A stretch of 64,000 nucleotides of DNA from Candidatus Bathyarchaeota archaeon (GCA_963833575.1 CAWHXY010000004.1:320001-384000), one strand, 5' to 3'; positions 48,621 to 59,458 are shown, counted from the stretch's first letter. Notes: generated by a model from the letters alone, not told the origin. Numbers and translations: made by a program.

Positions 48621-50027
48621 ATGAAAATCGTAATGAAATTCGGCGGCACAAGCGTTGCTACAGGCGAAAACATACGTCATGTGGTTGATTTGGTTACTAA
48701 GAACGCAAAAAAAGATAGAGTTGCCGTAGTTGTGTCAGCTTTAGCGGGCGTAACTAACAGCTTGATTGAAGTTGCTGAGCGGGCCAAGAAAAGCGATGAA
48801 AAACATATCCAAACTTTTACCAAAGAGTTGATGAACAAACATTTAGAGGCAATTTCGACTGCAATCAAAAGTAAAGAGATTCAGATGGAAGTTACTCAAA
48901 TTACCGAGAAAACTTTAGCCGAGCTAGAGAAAGTTTTAACAGGCATCTGCTATGTTGGCGAGGTTACATCAAAATCTAAAGATTATGTGGTTTCCTTTGG
49001 TGAGCGATTGTCTGCGCCTATTGTTTGGGGAGCCATAAAAGATGCCGGATTTGAAACCCAATGGTTTACTGGCAAAGAAGCAGGTATTGTCACTGACTCC
49101 AACTTTGGTGAAGCTGACCCACTTATGAACTACACGACTCATCTCATCCGAGAACGACTTGTACCACTAATGGAAAAAGGAGTCATTCCAGTTGTTACAG
49201 GCTACATTGCCGCTAATCAAGATGGCATAATCACCACTGTTGGCAGAGGCGGCTCAGACTATACCGCAACTATATTGGGGGTAGCATTAAATGTTGACGA
49301 AGTTTGGATTTGGACTGATGTTGACGGCATAATGACCACAGATCCCAAAATAGTTAAGGCAGCTAAAATGCTTTCACAACTAAGTTATCAGGAAGCGGCA
49401 GAAATGGCGATTTTCGGCGCCAAAGCCATGCACCCCCGCGCGTTGGAACCTGTAATTAAAGAAAACATTCCGGTTAGAATTAGAAGTGTTTTTCATCCAG
49501 AAAACCCGGGGACATTGATTACTAAAGAACCTGACTCGAACACAAAAGAAGCCGTTAAAGCGGTAGCCATGATTAAGGATGTTGCTATGCTCAATGTGGG
49601 CGGAGCAGGAATGGTTGGAGCGCCCGGAAGTTATGCTAAAGTGTTTGATGTTCTTGGAAAAAACAACATTAACGTCATGATGATTTCTACTGCGGCTTCG
49701 GAAGCAAACATTTCAATGATTATTAAACGGGGCTTGTTGGGCAGGGCAATTAGCAACTTGGAGATTGCACTTTTGGACAGAGGCGGATTAGTCAGTGAGG
49801 TTTCTGCGGAAGATGATGTCGCCGTAATAGCTGTTATGGGCGCTAACATGAAGGGGACCTTAGGCGTCGCATCAAAGATATTTTCAACTGTCGCCAAAAA
49901 AGGCATAAACATACGCATGATTGCACAAGGCAGCTCAGAACTAAACATTTCCTTTGTCGTAAAAGAGAAAGATGGAGCAGCAGTTGTTAGAGCCATACAC
50001 GAAGAATTCAACCTAGACAAAATCTAA
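48621..50027 (+). CDS. lysC: Aspartate kinase
   Basis: MKFGGTS, GRGGSDYTA, WTDVDG, two C-terminal ACT domains. Confidence 0.96.
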   Translation: MKIVMKFGGTSVATGENIRHVVDLVTKNAKKDRVAVVVSALAGVTNSLIEVAERAKKSDEKHIQTFTKELMNKHLEAISTAIKSKEIQMEVTQITEKTLAELEKVLTGICYVGEVTSKSKDYVVSFGERLSAPIVWGAIKDAGFETQWFTGKEAGIVTDSNFGEADPLMNYTTHLIRERLVPLMEKGVIPVVTGYIAANQDGIITTVGRGGSDYTATILGVALNVDEVWIWTDVDGIMTTDPKIVKAAKMLSQLSYQEAAEMAIFGAKAMHPRALEPVIKENIPVRIRSVFHPENPGTLITKEPDSNTKEAVKAVAMIKDVAMLNVGGAGMVGAPGSYAKVFDVLGKNNINVMMISTAASEANISMIIKRGLLGRAISNLEIALLDRGGLVSEVSAEDDVAVIAVMGANMKGTLGVASKIFSTVAKKGINIRMIAQGSSELNISFVVKEKDGAAVVRAIHEEFNLDKI

Positions 50028-50100
50028 ATCTGAAAAGGGAAAAGGAAATGGGAGTTCCGTTCCTTCCACAGATTTCTAAAAGGTTTCTTATCCATGTAAA

Positions 50101-50260
50101 GTTTGCGACTGATCTAATCCAAAATAGGCTAAACTAGATTAAAAAAGCTTAAACTAGATTAAACTAGATCAAACTAGATTAAACTAGATCAAAACGCACT
50201 CAACCTGAAAAAAATTCAAGTCTTAAACCAAAGAAGCAACCCAAATCAAGCTGCAAAAAA
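50101..50260 (+). repeat. Dispersed element, (AAACTAGATY)n array + tail
   Basis: About 6 phased 10-mers at 50131-50190, then CACTCAACCTG...TTCAAGTCTTAAACCAAAGAAGCAACCC. Confidence 0.85.
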
Positions 50261-50331
50261 ATTGAAGCACCCTGCACAACGCTTGCTCTTCCCGGCCACA
50301 AATTCGTCAATGGCTCGCTAATCCACATCAT

Positions 50332-50450
50332 GTTTGCGACTAATCTAGCTTAAACTAGCTTGAACTAGCTTAAAAGGGCTTAAATTAGCTTAAACTAGAT
50401 TAAAATGCACTCAACCTGCAAACGATACATACCCTAATTTACAAAAACAT
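50332..50450 (+). repeat. Dispersed element, (TAAACTAGCT)n array + partial tail
   Basis: Near-identical to the reverse complement of 57180-57266. Confidence 0.85.
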
Positions 50451-50530
50451 TGTGAAATAAGCTGTTCAAATTTGCTGTGGATTCCAAATAAGAACAATAT
50501 CGTGGACAGTAAATAGACAAAGCAGGGTAT

Positions 50531-50660
50531 CGGGGACAAAAAGGGACAAATCGCGACATTTTGGGACAATTAGCGACAATACTAGACGAAACCTACACCT
50601 AAATTAAGCTCTAAATCAAAAAAGCAACTTGAAATGCAAAGAAAAAACTGCACAAAAAAA
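50531..50660 (+). repeat. Dispersed element, (GGGACAAWNN)n array + tail
   Basis: GAC recurs with ~10-bp period from 50535 to 50587, then AAATTAAGCTCTAAATCAAAAAAGCAAC. Confidence 0.75.
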
Positions 50661-50685
50661 TCAAAAAAGAAACCACTTGCCTCGC

Positions 50686-52737
50686 TTATTTCGTTCCAAG
50701 TTGCTCAAGCATCACCAATGGATTGTTAGTTGCTGGTAGGCACATTTGGTCTTTGCAGACATAGGCGGTTGCTTTGCCATCGATTTGTCGGTAGCCTAAA
50801 CCCGCTTGGTCTGGACTTTTAAGCATGACAGTAGTGGTTGGCAGGTAATGTTTCCTTAATGCATCAAGCATGTCTACGGTGTCTTTCTGTTTTAGGTCTC
50901 CTACTAAGGTTACAATGTAGGATGGCCCAATCAAAAAGTCAAACGCACAGAGGAAGAAAGTGTAGGCTTCTGGTACGCCTTCGATTTCCTGACCGAATGT
51001 TCTGGTCATTTCTGTTGCCTTCTGGTCGTAAGTGGGTTCGTTGGTTAAGCGGCTAAGCAACATCAAATCCAGTAGCGCTACGGAGTTGCCAGATGGAAGA
51101 GCGCCGTCGTATAGCTGTTTCATTTTTGGCATAGATGCCTCAGCGTTCTGTGCTTGGAAGAATCCGCCGTTCTTGTCATCCCAAAACTTCTTAATCATAG
51201 TTTTCGTTAAAGCGGATGCGGCTTCAAGGTATTTATCTTGGAAGGTTGCTTCGTAGAGCTCAATTAATCCATAAGTGAGAAAGGCGTAGTCGTCAAGGAA
51301 GCCGTTGATGGCGGTTTCTTCTTTTGCGTAGCGGTGATAAAGCGTGTCGTCTTTTAGCATTTTGTTTAAGATGAAGTCAGCTGTTTTCACGGCTTTTGAA
51401 ATATAGTTAGGTTGGTCAAGAATAACTCCGGCTTTAGCCAATGCCGCTACCATTAAGCCATTCCAATCCGTTAACACTTTATCATCTATGGCAGGAGCTA
51501 TACGTTTTTTTCTTATTTCAAAAAGGGTGTGTTGAATTTTGCCAAGCCTCATGATGAGTTCGTCCAGAGTTAAGCCTTTATAGGCTGCAAGTTCATCAAG
51601 CGGTTCGGCGAGGTGGAAAATGTTTTTGCCTTTGCCATTAGGAAAGTTGCCTTCAGCTTTTAACCCAAAAAGGTGCACAGCCAAATCTGCATCCGAAGGC
51701 TGTAACAAATCAAGGACTTCTTGAAGGGTCCACATATAATACTTGCCTTCTTCACCTTCAGAGTCAGCATCTTGAGCTGAATAGAAGCCGCCTTGTGGAG
51801 AAGACAAATCGCGAATGCAGTAATCTATGGTTTCCTTAGCAGTTATTTTGAATTTTCCAGCCCCCGTCACCTGATACGTTTCAACATACGCTAACGTGAG
51901 CAGGGCTTGGTCGTAGAGCATTTTCTCAAAATGCGGCACCAACCATTGATGGTCAGTACTGTAACGATGAAAACCAAGACCGATTTGATCAAATATTCCA
52001 CCAAGTCTCATTCGCCGAAGCGTCTGCTCAACCATACCTAAAGGCTTCTTTTGACCTGTTTTAGCGTAATAGCGCAGAAGATAGAGGAGTTTGTGAGGTG
52101 TGGGAAATTTTGGTGCTGTTCCAAAGCCGCCGTTATCTGGGTCATAATCAAGCGTTAAACGATCGTAAACATCTTGCAATATTTCTTTGCCGAGTTGAGT
52201 TTGGCTTGTTCGTGTTTCTATCGCTTGTATCCGCGCCTTTATATCGGCGCCCACCATCTCCGCCTGTTGACGCTGAATTTTCCACACTTGCATAATTTGG
52301 GGAACAAGATCCAACATACCGACTAATCCTGGTTTACTATATTTTGGGATGTAGCTTGCAGCGAAAAAAGGGTTCAGCTTAGGCGTAAGCATTATGTTGA
52401 GGGGCCAACCGCAGCTTCTGCCCATAGCTTGACATACAGCCATGTACACCGCGTCCAAGTCGGGTCTTTCTTCTCGGTCAACTTTGATGCAAATAAAAGC
52501 TTGGTTTAGGAGGTCTGCAACCAGCTGATCGTTGAAGCATTCCTCTTCCATAACGTGGCACCAATGGCAGCTGGAGTAGCCGATGCTTAGAAAGATTGGT
52601 TTGTCTTCAGCTTTCGCTTTGTCTAGGGCTTCTTGGCTCCAAGGATACCAATCGACTGGGTTGTAGGCATGCTGGAGAAGATACGGGCTTTTTTCTTTAA
52701 TCAGCCGGTTTGATTTTCGATTTTGACTTGACTGCAA
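50686..52737 (-). CDS. Thioredoxin-domain protein (YyaL/SSP411, DUF255)
   Basis: [42 protein letters not shown]. Confidence 0.95.
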   Translation of the reverse strand: MQSSQNRKSNRLIKEKSPYLLQHAYNPVDWYPWSQEALDKAKAEDKPIFLSIGYSSCHWCHVMEEECFNDQLVADLLNQAFICIKVDREERPDLDAVYMAVCQAMGRSCGWPLNIMLTPKLNPFFAASYIPKYSKPGLVGMLDLVPQIMQVWKIQRQQAEMVGADIKARIQAIETRTSQTQLGKEILQDVYDRLTLDYDPDNGGFGTAPKFPTPHKLLYLLRYYAKTGQKKPLGMVEQTLRRMRLGGIFDQIGLGFHRYSTDHQWLVPHFEKMLYDQALLTLAYVETYQVTGAGKFKITAKETIDYCIRDLSSPQGGFYSAQDADSEGEEGKYYMWTLQEVLDLLQPSDADLAVHLFGLKAEGNFPNGKGKNIFHLAEPLDELAAYKGLTLDELIMRLGKIQHTLFEIRKKRIAPAIDDKVLTDWNGLMVAALAKAGVILDQPNYISKAVKTADFILNKMLKDDTLYHRYAKEETAINGFLDDYAFLTYGLIELYEATFQDKYLEAASALTKTMIKKFWDDKNGGFFQAQNAEASMPKMKQLYDGALPSGNSVALLDLMLLSRLTNEPTYDQKATEMTRTFGQEIEGVPEAYTFFLCAFDFLIGPSYIVTLVGDLKQKDTVDMLDALRKHYLPTTTVMLKSPDQAGLGYRQIDGKATAYVCKDQMCLPATNNPLVMLEQLGTK

Positions 52738-52796
52738 AAAACAGAAACCTTCTTAACACAGTAATATCGAGGACTTTTTTATTAAGTTGTTTGAAA

Positions 52797-52937
52797 GAAC
52801 AACAACACCTGTGGTGCCATTTTTGTTATTTGTGTCTTGGGTTGCTTTTTTGATTTAGGGCTTGAATTGGTTGCAGGTTAATACATTTTTTGACATTATT
52901 TGACACAAATTGACGTTTTTTGAAATTATCAGACAAT
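52797..52937 (-). repeat. Dispersed element, inverted copy of 38165-38313
   Basis: Reverse complement reads ...GTCAAAAAATGTATTAACCTGCAACCAATTCAAGCCCTAAATCAAAAAAGCAACCC...GGTGTTGTTGTTC. Confidence 0.85.
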
Positions 52938-53020
52938 GAAAATATATGGTCGAAAGTAAACAACACATAGAATTAGTTTCGTTTAAAGCAAAAAAAGAAA
53001 AAGGGTTTTGTTGTGATTTT

Positions 53021-55642
53021 TTATGCACGTTTTCTGAGTAAAACCAATCCGACTACGGCTATTGCAATAATTATAACGATTACTCCAACGACGTTGTATA
53101 TCATGAGGTCTGCTGTTGTTGCTAAGTTTGATGGAGCGGTTGTCGTCATTGGTGTTGCTGCCGGAGAGGTGGCTGTGAAAGATGTTTCTGCAGATGTTGG
53201 ATAGTATGATTCTGAGCCTGCGAAGGTAGCGATGACTTTGTAGTCTCCGGTGATGTCGGGTTTCCAGGTGAATGTGAACATGCCGCTAGTGTCGCTTGTG
53301 GTTGTTCCAACGTTTCTTAGGTTACCGTTTGAGTCAACGACGTCAATTGAGATAGGAACACCGGTTGCGTTTGATGGGGGGGTTTGCTGCATGTAAACGT
53401 ATTCCATCCATGCTGACATGCTTGAATCTGAAACTACTGGAAGGCCATTAGGGAAGTTCTTTGCTACTGCTTGCTGCTGTGCGCCTGCAGAGATATCAGT
53501 TATTGTGCCTCTGATTACTACTGGTGCGCCTGTGGTTGTAACTGTATCAGGTGCGGTAACAGTCATAGCGGTAGGTCCTTGTCCATAGGAGTATAGCTGG
53601 TTGTCATAGGCGTTGAGTACGGTCATTATGCCATCAACTATAGTTGCGCCGTTAGTGACGTCGAAGCCGTTTATGCTCCAGATGAGTTTTCCGTTAGTGC
53701 AGTTAATTGCTAGTTGCTGTGCTCCCCTAAACAACGGCGGGCTGTATTCGTGACCCTCGTTGAGGAACCACACGCCATCTGCAACTGATCCTCCGCTGAA
53801 GACCCAGAGCGGCCAAACACCATATGGAGTATCAGAGCCAGCGAGACCAGTTACTGCGTTAGTGCTTGTGTACCACAAGATGTTTCCGTTCAATATGTTA
53901 ACTGCCCACATGTCTCCACCGAAACCCATTATGTACATTACGCCATTTGCCAGAATAGTTTGGTAACCGCCGATGCTGTCGTATGGGTTTGGAACATCGA
54001 AGATTCCATTGCTGCCTGAAAGCTGTACCGGACCCCATGATAGAACACCTGTATTCATATTATATCCAGTTAGTACTCCTGTGGCTGATTGCAGCTCAAC
54101 AAATATTCCGTATCCTGCAGTCGTAACGCTTACTCTTGTATATGGTGTTAGAGTTCTGTTAGTAACCCATAGCTGTGCTCCAGTGTTGGCATCAAAACCT
54201 GCTTCTATTTGGTAGCCAGTGTTGAAGTATGTTGCGTTTCCTGCAGTGAGCAGAACTACTCCGCTGTTGACAGTGCTTATCGATAGAGGCGCGGGGAACG
54301 GAATGTTTGAGATGTTGGTTGGTAGTTGGTTTGTCCAAACTGTGCCGCGACCAAAGTCAATGAGGCTGCCTAACGCTGGTCTTAGCATCCAGTTCGCGAC
54401 TGTAACACCGGGTGTATATTGGCTGGTAGGATAAAGAATGGCTTGAGTAGAGTTCCACATGTTAAGGGTTGGCTTGCTAGGAACTGTAGTGTTTACGAAG
54501 TAGCCGATCAAGTCTCCGTTTGAGTCTTCTGTTAGGGACATGGAGGTGCCGTTTGCGATGCTTAGAATGTAGTTGCCGGTCATTGCATCATAGATGTTGT
54601 AGGTGAGTCCTGTCAATACGGCTGTTGACGATAGCGAAGCTCCGAGTGGGTTACCAGTTGTCCACAAATATGCGGTAGTTCCATATTGGTTGGGTGATAC
54701 ATATTGGAGTAATTGGCCGCATCTTAAGGTCTGTGTGGAATTGTATGTCCATAGGGTTTGTCCTGTGCGTAAGTCTACTGCAATCCATCCTGCGGGATAT
54801 GTGGATGCTCCTGGGTATAGCTCGTAGTACATGACACCGTTCATGATGATTGGTGCCCATTTTGGTTCGTACTGAGAGGTTGAGTAATAGTTGCTTGTGT
54901 CGGTTCCACCGAATTCTCCGCCCACTAAGCCTCCGAACGCTACTGGTTTTGTCCAGAGGATGTGCGCAGCGTTTGGTGCAGTAGTGTATGGGTTGTAGTC
55001 TCCAGTCAGATTATACTTGCCTGTGTTAGCGAAACTGTGTAGACCTAATCCTAGCCAGTTGCCGGTAATGTTGTACCATAAGCCGTTTGTTGATTGTACT
55101 GGTCGTGTCCAATAGTTTGATGGAAGTGGAGTTGTTGGAATTTGTGGTATTGGCTGTTGTTGTACTGAAAGGATTACAGAGGGACTTGTAGAAGCCATGA
55201 ATGTGTCGTTAATGTATTCATTTGTTTTTGCTGCTCCGTTTTCACCTGTCAATACTTGTCCGGGAAAATTCATTACAAACGTGTAGTTGCCGGTTTGACT
55301 TGGCGTATAATCAGTGTGTGTTCCTCCGGTATCGTCAGTGGTAAACGGACCTAGAGTTTCTGTGGTTCCATCCGGATGAGTGACTGTAACAGTCAAGCCA
55401 TGCCATCTGTCTCCTAATGCGCCGTTAGCAGTAGGCGGCGGTATTTGCAACCAAAAGTTAACATTAACTGTCTGACCAATGCCGCAGGGGTTTGGTGCTA
55501 CATTCATGTAAGCGTATGTTATGATATGATATGGTGGCGTATGTGCACTAGTATTCGGAAATAGCATCATTGAAGCGCCCATAGAAATTATTAATAACAT
55601 CGAGATCGTAATAGCTGCTGTTTTATTCTTACCAATTTGCAT
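53021..55642 (-). CDS. Large membrane-anchored PQQ-like beta-propeller surface protein (paralog)
   Basis: Same architecture and motifs as 29064-31700 (YWTRP, HILWTK, NAYDNQLY, FPNGLP). Confidence 0.88.
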   Translation of the reverse strand: MQIGKNKTAAITISMLLIISMGASMMLFPNTSAHTPPYHIITYAYMNVAPNPCGIGQTVNVNFWLQIPPPTANGALGDRWHGLTVTVTHPDGTTETLGPFTTDDTGGTHTDYTPSQTGNYTFVMNFPGQVLTGENGAAKTNEYINDTFMASTSPSVILSVQQQPIPQIPTTPLPSNYWTRPVQSTNGLWYNITGNWLGLGLHSFANTGKYNLTGDYNPYTTAPNAAHILWTKPVAFGGLVGGEFGGTDTSNYYSTSQYEPKWAPIIMNGVMYYELYPGASTYPAGWIAVDLRTGQTLWTYNSTQTLRCGQLLQYVSPNQYGTTAYLWTTGNPLGASLSSTAVLTGLTYNIYDAMTGNYILSIANGTSMSLTEDSNGDLIGYFVNTTVPSKPTLNMWNSTQAILYPTSQYTPGVTVANWMLRPALGSLIDFGRGTVWTNQLPTNISNIPFPAPLSISTVNSGVVLLTAGNATYFNTGYQIEAGFDANTGAQLWVTNRTLTPYTRVSVTTAGYGIFVELQSATGVLTGYNMNTGVLSWGPVQLSGSNGIFDVPNPYDSIGGYQTILANGVMYIMGFGGDMWAVNILNGNILWYTSTNAVTGLAGSDTPYGVWPLWVFSGGSVADGVWFLNEGHEYSPPLFRGAQQLAINCTNGKLIWSINGFDVTNGATIVDGIMTVLNAYDNQLYSYGQGPTAMTVTAPDTVTTTGAPVVIRGTITDISAGAQQQAVAKNFPNGLPVVSDSSMSAWMEYVYMQQTPPSNATGVPISIDVVDSNGNLRNVGTTTSDTSGMFTFTWKPDITGDYKVIATFAGSESYYPTSAETSFTATSPAATPMTTTAPSNLATTADLMIYNVVGVIVIIIAIAVVGLVLLRKRA

Positions 55643-55653
55643 TTTTGTTTTTT

Positions 55654-55741
55654 CTCCTAAATGTGTTTTTGTGCTGAGAAAAAGTAATGAATACTTTTCC
55701 CAACTCTGGACTTGTTTGTTAATGTTCTTTTAAATAACTTG
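55654..55741 (-). promoter_or_regulatory. Promoter/5' leader homologous to 31713-31796
   Basis: CAAGTTATTTAA TATA region, AAAAGTA-N5-TACTTTT inverted repeat (55680-55698), AGGAG SD. Confidence 0.6.
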
Positions 55742-56011
55742 TGTAATTTTTCTTTCTTGTAACAGTTTAAAAAAAGTTATTTGATGCCAGGTAAATGAGT
55801 TGAATTTGAATTATTCAGAAACATTATCTTCCAAAAAAGTGAGGGAAGACTTGTTACGCAGTCTTATTCGATGTTTTTCATAAATTTTCTGCTATTTGAG
55901 TTGGTTTTTTAGCAAAAACTGCTTTATGCATTAATTCATTTAGTTGTTAGGAGATGAGAATATCATTCGGGGTTGATTTGGAAAAAAATATAAAAGGACT
56001 CCGTGTAATTA

Positions 56012-56956
56012 ATGGTTGAAAGAGAGAGATTAACTTTGAAAAAAACCATCGCCATTCTAATTATAGTATCTCTAATTTTACCTACACTTAGCGTGTTTAC
56101 TGCATTATCAGTTAATGCGCAAACGCAAGGTAGCACTTCCGAAGCGCAAATTATCAGTTACAGGTCATACGCTGCTCCTTCAAACACTGTACTAGCCAGC
56201 GCCGCTGGCGACTTAATTGTCGTCGGTGAAGTTCAAAATGTCGGTTCAAACGTGATAAGCAATATAACCGTTGAAGGTGTGGGCTTAAGTTCTGCTGGAC
56301 AGACTTTAACTACCGTTGTAACTCAAGCTTTTGTTTACGATATGCTTCCTGGGCAGAAGGCACCTTTCTATTTGGATTTAAATGCAGGCAGTACAACCCA
56401 AGGTCAAAACTTGGTGTCCTCAGTTAGCACTTTCAATATTTCAGTGACTTCTGTTACAGACACTTTCGAAAGACAATATACAGGCTTAAAGATCCCAGAT
56501 ACTGGCCTTAGTGGCATTCTTGACCCAACCACAGGCATATACACTGCTGTAGGAACAATAGTGAATAACGGATCTCAAACAACTGGACAGGTTTGGGCTG
56601 TTGTATCATTCTATGACTCTGCAGGTAAACTTTTAAGCTTTAATTTTACAAATTACTTATCCGACTCGCTTAGACCAGGCGACGCAACAAGGTTTTTGGC
56701 AACTCCTGTAGATGACACATCTGACTTATCAAATCAAATTGTGACTTCTACCGCGACCATTGACTCCCTCACCAGTTCTCAATCGACTTCAGGGCAACCT
56801 ACCTCTTCGCCCACCGCCACACCAACATCAAGCGCCCAATTTCCAACGTTGCCAATAATAGTTGTAGTAGTTATTGTTGTGGTTGCAGTCGGTGCTCTGA
56901 TGTTACTGAGAAGACGCCAAAAGTTGCCGCCACCGCCTCCACCATCAACAGAATAA
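56012..56956 (+). CDS. Membrane-anchored protein with two FxLYD-type Ig-like domains
   Basis: VVGEVQNVG...LPGQKAPF and VGTIVNNG...VSFYD...LRPGDATRF; TM helix + Pro-rich tail. Confidence 0.8.
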   Translation: MVERERLTLKKTIAILIIVSLILPTLSVFTALSVNAQTQGSTSEAQIISYRSYAAPSNTVLASAAGDLIVVGEVQNVGSNVISNITVEGVGLSSAGQTLTTVVTQAFVYDMLPGQKAPFYLDLNAGSTTQGQNLVSSVSTFNISVTSVTDTFERQYTGLKIPDTGLSGILDPTTGIYTAVGTIVNNGSQTTGQVWAVVSFYDSAGKLLSFNFTNYLSDSLRPGDATRFLATPVDDTSDLSNQIVTSTATIDSLTSSQSTSGQPTSSPTATPTSSAQFPTLPIIVVVVIVVVAVGALMLLRRRQKLPPPPPPSTE

Positions 56957-57120
56957 GGTTTTGCTTGAAACTCACCCTGTAAGAGCTTTTCTTTTTTCCT
57001 TTTTTCTTATGCTTTTTTTACTTTGATAACCGTTTGAAGAATAATTATTGGATTAAGGGTTGAATGTTATTAGAAATTGCGGGGTTCCAAGGGTAGCTTA
57101 CTAATTTTTTTGAGGGGAAC

Positions 57121-57266
57121 TGGCGTATTTTTCTTACTGTTTGGTTTTGGTTGCTTTTTTGATTTAGGTCTTAAATTGTTTGCAAGTTGAGTGCATTTTA
57201 ATCTTTTTTAAGCTAATTTAAGCCCTTTTAAGCTAGTTCAAGCTAGTTTAAGCTAGATTAATCGCA
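57121..57266 (-). repeat. Dispersed element, (TAAACTAGCT)n array + full tail
   Basis: Reverse complement TAATCTAGCTTAAACTAGCTTGAACTAGCTTAAAAGGGCTTAAATTAGCTT...CACTCAACTTGCAAAC...CCTAAATCAAAAAAGCAACC. Confidence 0.85.
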
Positions 57267-57518
57267 TAATCCCAAATAGCCGCACTAAAAACTGGCGTTG
57301 TAGATTGTAACATTCAGTTGTTTTGGGAGTTGCTTAATTTTGAGAGGCTTTTTCAATTTCCTTTTGCAGTTTTGGTTTTGTTTTGATTGCAAGTTGTGTG
57401 TACTTTTTTGTGCTAGAATTTGATAGGACGTGTTGATATGTGTTGAACACTGCCAAATTGTGCCAAAAAGCATTTATAATGTCTAAGAAAAAACGTGAAA
57501 ACGGGAATAGTTGTTAAT

Positions 57519-58070
57519 TCATTTTGTAGTTCTTTCTTGTGGTTCTTTGTATATTTCTTTTTTCCATTTTTGTTCCCAGCTTGCCCAACCCGTTTTAACC
57601 AGGCTTTCTCGTAAATGAGGGTTTTGAGCTACCCATTCGAGAAAACTCCAGAAACGCCTCTTGTTTAAGAGAAGCTCCCGCGGCACTCCCTTTTCAACAC
57701 ACCACCGAACATAGCCATCATCAACTAGTTGCCTAAGCTCGCCTGTTGCTTCAACTTTTTGGACTTTGAACCCTTGCTTTCGCAAATGTTCAATCATGGA
57801 AGAAAGAACATATTCTGAACAAACATGAAAACAAGTTTCGCTATCAGGCTGTAAAACATCCACAATTTCCTCTGCAATTTTCACTGCGTCAACTAAATAT
57901 TTTTTGTTTCCAAAGTTTGGGGGCTGAAAAGATGATGTGGGAATTCTGCGTTCCATAACCATTCGCCCAGGGGGTTTGAGCGCGCCCACGACCACACCAA
58001 GTAAGAGATCACCCCACCCTGAAGCATCTACCAAAATCATCTTACCTGGAAGATAACAATCCATCGCCAA
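57519..58070 (-). CDS. Hypothetical protein, possible RNase H-like fold
   Basis: N-terminal ILVDASGWGDLLLGVVVG resembles the RNase HII GxDEAGRG..GP strand. Confidence 0.7.
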   Translation of the reverse strand: MAMDCYLPGKMILVDASGWGDLLLGVVVGALKPPGRMVMERRIPTSSFQPPNFGNKKYLVDAVKIAEEIVDVLQPDSETCFHVCSEYVLSSMIEHLRKQGFKVQKVEATGELRQLVDDGYVRWCVEKGVPRELLLNKRRFWSFLEWVAQNPHLRESLVKTGWASWEQKWKKEIYKEPQERTTK

Positions 58071-58480
58071 TCTTCAATCACTTTTCTGTTGTTAACAGTT
58101 CATGACGGTTTAACTTTAACTATTGTATACTTATTTTTAACTCAAAACAAATCGAGCATACTTAAAGGGGTACTCTTTGAAAGGCCGCTGTCCTTCTTGG
58201 AGCATACTCTTAACAAGAGTCGATAAGCCAAGCTATAGAAGTTTTTTCTTTTGTCATATATGCGAAAAGAGCAAATTAGAATTTACTGCTATTTGCCCGT
58301 TTTTGCTTCATGTTTTGCTTTTTTAGCTGCATTCTTCTTTTTCAGAGACGGCATAACAATTTACCAATCTTTATTTCTCCAAACGAAGCTTAAAAGACTT
58401 GTCACCCTTGCCGATTCTACATACACCCTTTTACCCAAGAAAAAACCAGTTCAACTGGTCGGTAAACCTACTGCAAAAGG

Positions 58481-59458
58481 CTAAACAACACTACTATTCT
58501 TTATTGGCTTCTTTGGCGAAAGAGTTTTGGTTATTTGCTTTAATTGATAGTCATTTAACAGAATTTCTGAGTTTTTAAGTCCAATAGTAGCGTTTTGGAG
58601 CATTTCGTAAAATCGGCTGCGCTCAACTAAATAGGTCTTTCTTATTTCGTAAGCAAAATGCAAGTCACCTTGGTCAGTCTCTACTTTACTTTTGTCATAT
58701 ATTTGGGCGAATTCAACAGGTATTTTGATTTGTCTCTTCGTCAAGTTGGCGATAAATGCTAAATCGCCTAGTTTCAGTTGCTTGAAAGAGCTGGGACCAA
58801 TATCAGGCATTACTGCGATTTTGGTTGGCCAATTGGTTTCCTTCTTAATTTTCCGATCAGACTGTTTTGATGTCTGTTCTGGAAGAGCGAAGTACCATGT
58901 GCTAATGTAATCATCTGTCCATTTTTTTATTTGCATCAAGGTTTTAGGTTTTTTTGTGGTCTTGATCGACTCATTCTTTTTTGAAATGCTCCATATTTTC
59001 TTGTAATTCTTTAGATCTCTGATTGGTTTTCCCTTCTCCCAAAGAGTAGTAAAGAAGCTTTTAACTTCGCCAACTTCTGCTCCATCAAGGAGTACTCCAG
59101 CTTCAACATTGTTTTCAAAATCAGTTTTAGTCAGATTTGCTGATGTAAGCAGAGCTGTTTTGTCAAAAATGTAGATTCGAGATTGAAAAGACTCAAGTGA
59201 CTTGACAATAGTGTTCTTAAAATGCTCCATGAAATACTCCACTTCGCAGGGATTAGTACCGCCTCTTTTCACAGCGTCATCAGTAATTGTGAAAATGAAT
59301 CGAATATCTGATGGAGGACTCTTCAGAATCTCTTGGGAAAAGATTTCGTGGGCCTCAAATCCAACTGAGGGAGAGCACACCCACATAACCTCTTTTGCTT
59401 CCCGGGATATTTGCTGAATCGTCTCGTAGAGTTTGACACCTGAAAGAAATGTAGCCAT
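58481..59458 (-). CDS. PLD-like nuclease-domain protein with degenerate HKD motif
   Basis: VCSP..., FQSRIYIFD..ALLTSANLT...NNVEAG. Confidence 0.8.
   Translation of the reverse strand: MATFLSGVKLYETIQQISREAKEVMWVCSPSVGFEAHEIFSQEILKSPPSDIRFIFTITDDAVKRGGTNPCEVEYFMEHFKNTIVKSLESFQSRIYIFDKTALLTSANLTKTDFENNVEAGVLLDGAEVGEVKSFFTTLWEKGKPIRDLKNYKKIWSISKKNESIKTTKKPKTLMQIKKWTDDYISTWYFALPEQTSKQSDRKIKKETNWPTKIAVMPDIGPSSFKQLKLGDLAFIANLTKRQIKIPVEFAQIYDKSKVETDQGDLHFAYEIRKTYLVERSRFYEMLQNATIGLKNSEILLNDYQLKQITKTLSPKKPIKNSSVV

Noticed and set aside
50101-50420. Possible CRISPR array
   Set aside because: Units are 10 bp and contiguous with no unique spacers; no cas genes in the window.
57285-57473. 62-aa ORF
   Set aside because: Overlaps a probable decayed copy of the dispersed repeat; low-complexity translation.
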